A DNA stretch of 64,000 bases from Acidobacteriota bacterium (lineage in GTDB: Bacteria > Acidobacteriota > UBA6911 > RPQK01 > JAJDTT01): positions 4,160,001 through 4,224,000 of the forward strand of contig OZ242374.1 in the NCBI GenBank assembly GCA_965209055.1, read 5' to 3'. The position numbers and the translations under genes are program-made. The notes beneath the pieces were generated by a model. That model searched no databases, had not been told where the DNA came from, and saw only the letters and a list, made by a program, of their open reading frames with translations. Below are positions 9,587-17,468 of this stretch, piece after piece (the stretch's first letter is position 1; the number at the start of each line of letters is the position of its first letter).

Positions 9587-9850
9587 TCAGCAGCGATCCC
9601 AGCAGCGGTTGTATTGGGTGGCACATATGCCCATCTCCAATCTGTAGACGAATCTACACGCTGACTCTTCGCCGTTCTTGATGCAGATCTGGTAGTCGGT
9701 TTTGGCGTTGTGCTCGCAGAAATTATTCTGACTCCAACACCTGAACCAACATGTCGGGTCGGGCAAGCAGCAGATCCGAGCCTCCACCTGCTGGACGGGA
9801 GTGACCATCGTCAACAGGATCAGGATCAGACAAGCCTTCAATTTCAACAT
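9587..9850 (-). CDS. Small secreted Cys-rich peptide (paralogue 1, with extra N-terminal CC)
   Basis: Signal peptide ending VEA, then RICCLPDPT, then Cys spacing 3-6-10-8-10-6-3; starts 3 nt after the ankyrin gene stop. Confidence 0.85.
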   Translation of the reverse strand: MLKLKACLILILLTMVTPVQQVEARICCLPDPTCWFRCWSQNNFCEHNAKTDYQICIKNGEESACRFVYRLEMGICATQYNRCWDRC

Positions 9851-9853
9851 ATA

Positions 9854-10708
9854 TCAATCTCCTAGTATTTCTCGTCGTTGTTCGTCCAGAATTTCCAGCT
9901 GTTCCGGATCAATCGCAGATCTGAGGAGCAATCTTTTGATCTTCGCTTCGTACAGGTACCCCTCGAGGATTCTATCCAGGCGGGCTCTCCGCCCGGGATT
10001 TGCGTCCATGAAGGCTTCCACCGACATTCCGTGGTCCAATGCGTCCTTTTCCAGTTTCTCCTGCACGGTCAGATGTGAGATCTCCGTAGAGGCCATGAGC
10101 CGGGCCGTTTTCCACGGGGCCTCCTCAGTCTGGTTCTTGATCTGGGCATCGGCTCCTGCGTCGAGAAGCATGCTGACCATCTCCAGAGTCTCCTCGGTTG
10201 GCTCCGACATTGTGGCCTGCTTGTGCAGGGGCGTGTCCCCGAATTCGTCTTGGGCGTTAACATCGGCCCCGGCCTCAATCAGATCCCGAACCATCTCCGG
10301 CGTGTTGGCGATGTGAAGCGGAGTCTTCCCTCCACATCCATCCAAGTGGTCCGTATTTGGATTCGGATTGCCGTCCAAACCCGCCTTCAACAACAGCCCG
10401 TAGCAGCCTCCGATCCGTTCAGCGGCTTCGTATTGAGCTTCACGGCGCATTTCGATGAACTGCTCGGCTGTGATCCCCGGACGCTTTTGATTTTCTACAT
10501 CCGTTTTAGGGAGGTCCGGGCAGGACGCGCAATCGTCTTTCACGGAATGTTGGTGGGACTGGTGCCGGTGTTTCCGATGCGGCCCTTCTTCTTCGGCCAC
10601 GACAGGCTTAGGCTCCTGCAGAACCGGTTCGCGCCTATCCCACCAGAAAAAGACGAGGAGAGAGATGGTGGCGATGGACGCACCAATTATCCAGCGGTTG
10701 ACTTTCAT
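9854..10708 (-). CDS. Membrane-anchored ankyrin-repeat protein with His-rich/CxxC linker
   Basis: N-terminal TM helix; HRKHRHQSHQH and CASC; ankyrin consensus GKTPLHIA...EMVRDLIEAGADVNAQDEFGDTPLH...EMVSMLLDAGAD. Confidence 0.85.
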   Translation of the reverse strand: MKVNRWIIGASIATISLLVFFWWDRREPVLQEPKPVVAEEEGPHRKHRHQSHQHSVKDDCASCPDLPKTDVENQKRPGITAEQFIEMRREAQYEAAERIGGCYGLLLKAGLDGNPNPNTDHLDGCGGKTPLHIANTPEMVRDLIEAGADVNAQDEFGDTPLHKQATMSEPTEETLEMVSMLLDAGADAQIKNQTEEAPWKTARLMASTEISHLTVQEKLEKDALDHGMSVEAFMDANPGRRARLDRILEGYLYEAKIKRLLLRSAIDPEQLEILDEQRREILGD

Positions 10709-10810
10709 ACGGCTATTCTCCTTTCGTTCCAGCGTGACACCGTAATCACCCTGGCGTGTGTCCTGCCTGCAACCAGAAAAAGTCGAGATTGAGTAGAATG
10801 CGATTCAGAG

Positions 10811-10838
10811 TGACTCTTCCTCCCATGCAGGACGAGTT
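10811..10838. promoter_or_regulatory. Conserved upstream dyad (putative operator), copy A
   Basis: tgactcttcctcccatgcaggacgagtt; near-identical copy at 8953-8980 in the same position relative to the paralogous operon. Confidence 0.55.
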
Positions 10839-11409
10839 AACTTAGAGACGGCAGGGTGTTCCAGCACTCTGCCGTCTCGGACTGCAGTTCAAGCCGGGCG
10901 CAATTCAATGCAGGCTCCGTGCCGGCTGCCTACAAGGAATTCCTCAGTAGCACTCTTCCCGGCTCCGAGCGTAGCCGAATCGAATTCAAGATCGACCACA
11001 CCTGTCGAAGTGACCCGGGTGCGATGGATTCTGTCGCCTGGTTTTGGGTCGGTGTACCGGGTTGGCACAGGTCCGGAGCCAAGAGCTGGCACGGCTTTAT
11101 TTATGGCCCATCCCAGCCACACCGCGAACACCAAAAATGCGGCCACGATGATTGAAGGGGTGATGGGTCGCTTCGATCTGACTGTCACTGTTACTCCAAT
11201 CCAGGCCGCTGGCACACTACCGAGGAAAGTTCGCCCACCGAACTTTTTCTCCGTCGCCGTCAAGACTCTCGGCGGTCTGCCGGGGCATTTCGGGCGTTAT
11301 ATAGAAAATAACGAGCAAGCAGAAAAATGCGTGAAGGAAGATTGTGGGTGGGGGACCGGCCGTTCCGGCTGGCCGCCTCAAGAGAATGGGAGGTACGGGG
11401 GATGGGCAG

Positions 11410-12672
11410 CTACACGGCCACGGGCGCCAGGTTGCCGTAGGCGTCGAACGCCATGGCATCCGGACCTGAAACCACTTCCAGATCGGAGCGTTCCCGGACC
11501 TCGGGCGTGTACTTCTCGCTGACCAGGACCTCGCGCAGCTTGAGCGTGTTGGCGATCTGGATGATCCCCGAGTCCGCCGGATCGACCAGGCCCACGGTCT
11601 CCAGGATGGCGAGCATGGCTTCCTGATCCGTGTCGAAGGCGATGGGGACCGCGGCCGCGGAGGGGTGTCCTCCGGTGAGGGCGTTGATCCGGGTGGCCAC
11701 CAGGTTCGCCTGGTCCACGGTCCTCTGGTTGGTCACCTCGGCCATGCCGATTCCGCAGGCGTTGCCATGGGTCTCGCGGGTCAGTCCGCGCACGAAGATG
11801 CGCTTGCAGTTGACCGTATCGTCTTCGGTGGCTCCGTGATCGTTGAACTTGCGCCCCACGACGTTCGTGTCCATGCCGGAGCCCGAGATATTCTTGCCGA
11901 TCTCGTCGACGACCAGGAGATCCACTTCGGGGAAGGGAAGGCGGGGCATCCAGAGTTGGGCCAGCTTGAGAAGCTCCTTTTCCCGTTCGAAGAACCGGTC
12001 GGGGGCCACCGCCTCGATGAGCGCGGTCTCATCGTAGGCGTTCTCCACGACGGCCAGCCCCGCGCCGACGCGGCACTTGGACAGGATGACGTCGGCGACG
12101 GCCAGGATGATCTCAAGGAAACTGAAGTCCTTGATGGCCCGATGGTAGATCTTGGCGCCCTTATGCTTCCCCAGGCCGATGAGCATCATCTTGTGAAGGC
12201 CCGACTCGATGGGACCGACGAAACCGGTATGGGGCTTGACCCGGCCGCAGACCACGACGTGATCCGCCTCGTAGGCATGGCGGTCGAAATGGACGGGAAT
12301 CCCCTGGGGAGTCGTGTCCACGATGACCGTCTCCATGGAGGAGCGGATCGGGGCTCCGGTGTATTCCTCGGTGACGCCGTAGCTGTGAAGGATCTCCTGC
12401 TGTCCCTCGGCGGTGCCGCCGCCATGGCTGCCCATGGCCGGAACCACGAAGGGTTCCGCGCCGATATCCTTGAGATGCCGGGAAGCCGCCTTGATGATGG
12501 AGGCGATATTGGCGATGCCGCGGCTGCCGGCCGTGATGGCTACGCTCTCCCCGGGCCGAATCTTGTTTCCGAGCTCAAGCGCGGCCAACTGCGAGCCGGT
12601 CTCATGCTCCACGTCGGTGAGTTCCGGCCCTTCGAACTTCTGACTCAAACGCAACATTCTGGGAAACGACAT
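11410..12672 (-). CDS. LarA-like (lactate racemase N-terminal domain) nickel-pincer-type isomerase family protein
   Basis: VAITAGSRGIANI, PAMGSHGGGTAEGQ, RVKPHT.F.GPIESGL.KM..IGLGK, GKNISGSGMDTNV. Start placed at MSFPRM; the longer ORF upstream overlaps the next gene. Confidence 0.8.
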   Translation of the reverse strand: MSFPRMLRLSQKFEGPELTDVEHETGSQLAALELGNKIRPGESVAITAGSRGIANIASIIKAASRHLKDIGAEPFVVPAMGSHGGGTAEGQQEILHSYGVTEEYTGAPIRSSMETVIVDTTPQGIPVHFDRHAYEADHVVVCGRVKPHTGFVGPIESGLHKMMLIGLGKHKGAKIYHRAIKDFSFLEIILAVADVILSKCRVGAGLAVVENAYDETALIEAVAPDRFFEREKELLKLAQLWMPRLPFPEVDLLVVDEIGKNISGSGMDTNVVGRKFNDHGATEDDTVNCKRIFVRGLTRETHGNACGIGMAEVTNQRTVDQANLVATRINALTGGHPSAAAVPIAFDTDQEAMLAILETVGLVDPADSGIIQIANTLKLREVLVSEKYTPEVRERSDLEVVSGPDAMAFDAYGNLAPVAV

Positions 12673-12770
12673 CCTGGAACTCCCTTCCGAACCACGGCTC
12701 CGGCCCCGAATGCGGGACGGCCGTGTCCCCCCTGATATATCACTCCCGACCCCATTTTCATACCACCACG

Positions 12771-14345
12771 CTAACGCACGAATTGAAAGGCGTAGAGTTT
12801 GGAATTCCTGAGCCTGATGTGCAGCCGGACTTCCCGGCCCGCCAGCGTCGACACGTCGCCTTGCCCCTTCCACGAAACCGGGAAGGCGACGTTGTTCCCG
12901 TTCATGGGGTCGGCGTCCTCCAATGCGAAACCAGGAATGGGCCGGCCCTGAGAGTCCTGGATCTCCACCAGCGCTTCGCCGCCGGCGCTGGTATCCAGGT
13001 TCAACTCCAGCCTGCTGCCGGCAAAACGGATGAGAGGCGTCGCCAGCCAGCCGCCACGGTAGCCGGCGTCGGCAGATACGAACCCATCGAGCCGGAGGAC
13101 GGCTCGGGAGACGGCGGACCGGCGCCCGCCGGGAACGGGGTCGACGCGGTCGGCGTGGTCCCAGTTGGTCCCCACGTAGTAGATCCAGATCTCGTTGCCC
13201 ATGCGGATGGGGCGGGGCATTCCCCAGACCCACTTGGACCCGAAGCTGCCGGCGTGACCCAGGCGCAGAAACGACTGGCGCTCTCCCAGGCGCAGGAAAT
13301 TCCGGCCGTCCCGGCTCGCCGCCAACTGGACATCGGCCGTGGTGGGATGGAGATGCCGGTAGTGATAGTAGATGGGAATCATGGCGAAGTAGGCGTCCTG
13401 GGCCTCGGCGTAGCGGAAGACGCCCGTTCCGTAGAAATCCAACGACAACGGACCGACAACGGTGTAGCCGGGTCCGAAGACGGTCTCGACCTGGTGGGCC
13501 CTCTCGGAGGCGCGCGACTGCTGGCGCCGGGGCAGGAAATCGACCAGGGGCGCCAGGTCCCGGGCATCGGGCAGGAGGACGATCTCGAATTTCTCCCAGT
13601 GGGTCATGTCGTCCGATTCGTTGTACCCCACCATGCGCGGATGGACTTCCCGGCTGTAGCCCCGATAGCGTCCGATGGTGGGGTCCCAGAACCAACTGGG
13701 TTGCGTGTCGGCGGCCCGCAGCCCGGTGGGGAGCGTCTCCTCCAGGTGCCACCGGAGCCCGTCCTCCGAGTACCAGAAGGCGTTTCCCCCCTTGCGCGTT
13801 CCCGGGACGGTGTAGAGCTTGGACCAGGACCGGTACCGCTTTTCGGCCGGCGCGACGGGATTGTCGTCCCTGGCCACGGAACCGCCGCCTACGGTCATCA
13901 CCGAGAGGTCGGTGGGCATCACCAGGTTGTTCTCCCGCGATCCGTCCTTCTCCACCAACCCCAAGATCGGTTTTCGGAATCGGATGCCGTCCTCCGACTC
14001 GGCGTAGCACAGGGCCCGAAAACCCTGCCCGGGCCGGCCGGCCCCCGTATACAGGTCGTACCAGAGGCGGATTCGGACCCCTTCGGGACCTTCCTCCTTC
14101 AGCACGCTGCAATAGACGTGGATCTTCGCACCCTCTTCCCACGGCTGGTCCACCACGATCAGAGGTTCACCCGTCTGGTGCGGAGGGTTCATGCGGAGGG
14201 TGATCCCGTCGCTGGATTCGATGAAGCGATGGTCGATGAACAACTGCTTCCGGTCTCCCACCACCAGCGTTTGAGCCGCCAGAGCTTGGGCGAGAGCTGC
14301 GGCCAAAAGGAACAGGACATTGAGAACGGCGATGGGGTTGGTCAT
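12771..14345 (-). CDS. Secreted GH-like beta-propeller protein (paralogue)
   Basis: Signal peptide, VGDRKQLFIDHRF, CYAESEDGIRFRKP.LGLVE.DGSRENN, LRLDGFVS, KLYAFQF. Confidence 0.75.
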   Translation of the reverse strand: MTNPIAVLNVLFLLAAALAQALAAQTLVVGDRKQLFIDHRFIESSDGITLRMNPPHQTGEPLIVVDQPWEEGAKIHVYCSVLKEEGPEGVRIRLWYDLYTGAGRPGQGFRALCYAESEDGIRFRKPILGLVEKDGSRENNLVMPTDLSVMTVGGGSVARDDNPVAPAEKRYRSWSKLYTVPGTRKGGNAFWYSEDGLRWHLEETLPTGLRAADTQPSWFWDPTIGRYRGYSREVHPRMVGYNESDDMTHWEKFEIVLLPDARDLAPLVDFLPRRQQSRASERAHQVETVFGPGYTVVGPLSLDFYGTGVFRYAEAQDAYFAMIPIYYHYRHLHPTTADVQLAASRDGRNFLRLGERQSFLRLGHAGSFGSKWVWGMPRPIRMGNEIWIYYVGTNWDHADRVDPVPGGRRSAVSRAVLRLDGFVSADAGYRGGWLATPLIRFAGSRLELNLDTSAGGEALVEIQDSQGRPIPGFALEDADPMNGNNVAFPVSWKGQGDVSTLAGREVRLHIRLRNSKLYAFQFVR

Positions 14346-14405
14346 GATACGGCTCTCGCTAGGAGTCAATTGCAGCCTCGAGAATCGGGAAAAGGAGAAC
14401 ATGTC

Positions 14406-14720
14406 ATGATCGCTCTTCTGGTCACGATCCGGATTCAGCCTCCGCATCGGGAGGCCTTTATGGAGGCCATGCTAGACGATGCCCTTCACTCGGTCCAGGA
14501 CGAGCCGGGTTGCCTGAGATTCGACGTGCTGGAGGATCGGGACGACCCGAACCGGATCTTTCTCTATGAAGTCTATCGGGACGAGGAGGCCCTGGAAGCT
14601 CACCGCCAAGCTCCCCACTTTCTGCGCTGGAAGCACACGACCCGCAACTGGTTCGACGGTGAGGCGCTGGTGGAGCAGGCCGTGTCGGTGTTTCCGGCGG
14701 ACGAAGACTGGGACGGCTGA
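14406..14720 (+). CDS. Antibiotic biosynthesis monooxygenase family protein (LsrG/YgiN-like)
   Basis: GGAG RBS; EPGCLRFDVL.DRDDPNRIFLYEVYRDEEALEAHRQAPHF. Confidence 0.85.
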   Translation: MIALLVTIRIQPPHREAFMEAMLDDALHSVQDEPGCLRFDVLEDRDDPNRIFLYEVYRDEEALEAHRQAPHFLRWKHTTRNWFDGEALVEQAVSVFPADEDWDG

Positions 14721-14761
14721 GTTCCACGTCCAGGGGATCGTTCCGGAGGGCCCGGTACTGT

Positions 14762-15964
14762 TCAGCCGAGGAACCGTTCCAATCGGTCCAGACCCTCCTC
14801 GATCACCTCCATGCCCGTGGCGAAACTGAGCCGCACGCAACTGTCCAACCCGAAAGCGGCGCCGGGCACCACGGCCAGATGCGCTTCCCCCAACAGGCGC
14901 GTGGTCCACTCGACCGAACCGGCAACCCCAAGGCGGGAATAGGTCGCCGAAACGTCCGGAAACACGTAGAAGGCCCCGGCCGGTTCGGGACAGACCACTC
15001 CGGGAATGGCATTGAGCCGGGCGTGCAGGACCTTGGAACGCCGCTCGAACTCTGAGCGCATCTCTTCGACGCATTCCTGATCGCCGGTGAGGGCCGCGGC
15101 CATGGCGTGCATGGTGAACGTCGCCGCGCCGCTGGTGGTCTGGGACTGGAGCTTGCCCAGGTTGCGGATCAGGTCCTGGGGCCCCGCCACGTAGCCGATC
15201 CGCCATCCGGTCATGGCATAGGTCTTGGACATGGAGTTGAAGGTCAAGGTCCGCTCGTAGGCGTGAGCGGACGTGGCCGCGAAACTCTTGTAGGTCCGGC
15301 CGCCGTAGAGGAGCCGGTCGTATATCTCGTCGCTGATGACCGCCACGTCGTCCCGGTCGGCCAGGACCTCGGCCAAAGCGTCCGTCTCCTCCGGACTGTA
15401 GACGGTCCCGCTGGGATTGCTGGGAGAGTTGAAGATGACCGCCGCGGTTCGAGGCGTCAGCGCGTCCCGAAGCTGTTGGGGCGTGATCTTGAAGTCCGCA
15501 TCCACCGTCGCGCTCACGAAGACGGGCACGCCGCCGGCGATCTTCACCTGTTCCGGATACGAAACCCAGTAGGGCGCGGGGATGATCACCTCGTCTCCAG
15601 GATCCAGGAGGGTGGCGAAGGCGAGCCAGAGCCCCTCCTTGCCGCCGACGGTGACCAGAATCTGGGAGGGAGAATATTCCAGCGAGTTCTCCCGGCGCAG
15701 TTTCTCGACCGCGGCCGCCTTGGCCTCGGGAACTCCCGACGCGGGTTTCGCGTACTTGGTCTCTCCCGCTTCAATGCAGTCCAGCGCGTGTTTCCGAATG
15801 TGAGCGGGAGTGGGAAAATCGGGTTCCCCGGCTCCCAGACTCACCACGTCGACTCCCGCCCGGCGCAACTCGGCGGCCCGGTTGCTGACCGCGATGGTCG
15901 CCGACTCCTGAAGCTGCATGAGGCGCTGTGAAATCTTCAATCCTGACCGCTCCTGAACACTCAT
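14762..15964 (-). CDS. Pyridoxal-phosphate-dependent class I/II aminotransferase (aspartate aminotransferase-like)
   Basis: GAGEPDFPTP, PAPYWVSY, NSPSNPSG, SDEIY, SMSKTYAMTGWRIGY. Confidence 0.9.
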   Translation of the reverse strand: MSVQERSGLKISQRLMQLQESATIAVSNRAAELRRAGVDVVSLGAGEPDFPTPAHIRKHALDCIEAGETKYAKPASGVPEAKAAAVEKLRRENSLEYSPSQILVTVGGKEGLWLAFATLLDPGDEVIIPAPYWVSYPEQVKIAGGVPVFVSATVDADFKITPQQLRDALTPRTAAVIFNSPSNPSGTVYSPEETDALAEVLADRDDVAVISDEIYDRLLYGGRTYKSFAATSAHAYERTLTFNSMSKTYAMTGWRIGYVAGPQDLIRNLGKLQSQTTSGAATFTMHAMAAALTGDQECVEEMRSEFERRSKVLHARLNAIPGVVCPEPAGAFYVFPDVSATYSRLGVAGSVEWTTRLLGEAHLAVVPGAAFGLDSCVRLSFATGMEVIEEGLDRLERFLG

Positions 15965-16095
15965 GGCGGGGAGTTTAGTTGGGGGGTCGGACACTGTCAA
16001 TTGGACCCGCCGGGTCACAATCGAGCCGGCAGCCGTTGACCCGCAAGAGGGCTTCTGTAAGGCTTCTACGGGATGACAGCCGCGAGGATTCGGGA

Positions 16096-17445
16096 ATGAA
16101 ACCGCTGGCGGTGATATTGATTCTGCTGGCGGCTGTTGCGGCCGGTTGGGCCCTCGCCACCTGGGACTCGTCGCCTCCCGAAGTTCTTTGGATCGATCCG
16201 GCCGGAACCGTGGGGCCCAAGACGGAGATCCAGGTGGAGGTCAGAGACCAGGGCCGGGGTCTCAAGTCCCTGCGGCTCCTCTTCCGCCAGCAGGGAAGTG
16301 AAGTCGTGGTGCACGAAGAGAATTTCGACGAGGCCGGATTCCTCTGGACGGACGGGACTCTCGAGCGGCGGATTGCAGTCCGCCTGTCCGATACGGCACC
16401 GCGTGAAGACCTGAAGGAAGGTTCATTCACTCTGGAGTTGCAGGCTCAGGACCACGCGAGCTTGGGACTCTGGTCACGGGAAACGGTTGAGAAGGAGACC
16501 TTCCGTCTGGACCGGACCCCTCCTCGAATCGAGGTTCTCTCCAACCAGCATTACATCCGGCAGGGCGGGTCCGCGGCCGTCCGCTACAGGGTGTCCGAAC
16601 CCGTCGACTCCAGCGGAATCCAGGTGGGAGACCGGATCTACGCCGGATACCCTGTTCCCTCCGGGGAAGAGCGAGTCTACGTCTGTCTCTTTGCTCTGAG
16701 ACACGACCAGGACAGAAAAACCCCCATGACGGTATGGGCCCAGGATCCAGCCGGAAACCGGGGCCGGGAAAACTTTTGGAAGAAGGTATTTCCAGGACGT
16801 TTCCAAAAGCGAAACATCAATATTTCGGACCGCTTCATGGAGCGGGTTCTGCCGTCCATCGTCCAGCGCAGCGAGCATGTCCGGGGAGCCTCCGATCTCC
16901 TGGAGACGTTCCTGGAGGTGAATGGATCGTTGCGCCGGGTCAACAACCGGCAGATTGCTGAGATGGCCTCCCAGACCGCCTCCGTCCCTCTTTGGACCGA
17001 AGAGTTTCTGCAGTTGACCAACTCGCAGGTCGAATCGTCCTTCGCGGATTTCCGCTCCTACTTCTACCAGGGAAAGAAGGTGGACGAGCAGACCCACCTG
17101 GGCTTCGATCTGGCCTCACTTGCGCAGGCTTCAGTGGAGTGCTCCAACGACGGCGTCGTCATCTTTGCCGACTATCTGGGGATCTACGGCAACACCGTGG
17201 TCGTGGACCATGGATTGGGACTCCAGTCGCTGTATGCCCACCTGAGCCGCTTCGACGTGGAAGTGGGAGACGAGGTTCGGAAGGGGCAATCACTGGGGCG
17301 GACCGGTCAGACCGGATTGGCGGGTGGAGACCACCTGCACTTCACCATGGTCCTCCATGGGACTCAGGTGAACCCCATCGAGTGGTGGGACCCGGCCTGG
17401 GTTCGGAAGCGGGTCCTGTCCAGGTTGGAGACCCCCGGGGAGTAA
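16096..17445 (+). CDS. M23 family metallopeptidase
   Basis: HLGFD, YGNTVVVDHG, LYAHL, GQTGLAGGDHLHF; N-terminal membrane anchor. Confidence 0.9.
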   Translation: MKPLAVILILLAAVAAGWALATWDSSPPEVLWIDPAGTVGPKTEIQVEVRDQGRGLKSLRLLFRQQGSEVVVHEENFDEAGFLWTDGTLERRIAVRLSDTAPREDLKEGSFTLELQAQDHASLGLWSRETVEKETFRLDRTPPRIEVLSNQHYIRQGGSAAVRYRVSEPVDSSGIQVGDRIYAGYPVPSGEERVYVCLFALRHDQDRKTPMTVWAQDPAGNRGRENFWKKVFPGRFQKRNINISDRFMERVLPSIVQRSEHVRGASDLLETFLEVNGSLRRVNNRQIAEMASQTASVPLWTEEFLQLTNSQVESSFADFRSYFYQGKKVDEQTHLGFDLASLAQASVECSNDGVVIFADYLGIYGNTVVVDHGLGLQSLYAHLSRFDVEVGDEVRKGQSLGRTGQTGLAGGDHLHFTMVLHGTQVNPIEWWDPAWVRKRVLSRLETPGE

Positions 17446-17468
17446 TACTGGGAGGGGGGACTGTTAGT

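Noticed and set aside
8130-9850. Interpretation of the Cys peptides as RiPP precursors (ranthipeptide, lanthipeptide or thiopeptide)
   Set aside because: They carry Sec-type signal peptides rather than leader peptides and have no adjacent modifying enzyme; the only radical SAM gene is 23 kb away and of the B12 class. Disulfide stapling is the simpler explanation.
10856-11400. Short ORF with a hydrophobic segment (10889-11263, minus strand) upstream of the ankyrin operon
   Set aside because: No convincing start or RBS and no recognisable family; may be a relic but cannot be supported.
12673-14142. Apparent 910-aa fusion upstream of the LarA-like gene, and the 665-aa ORF ending in the ABM domain
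   Set aside because: The extensions overlap the real GH-like gene in other frames and have low-complexity or shadow-like composition; true starts were placed at 12672 and 14406.
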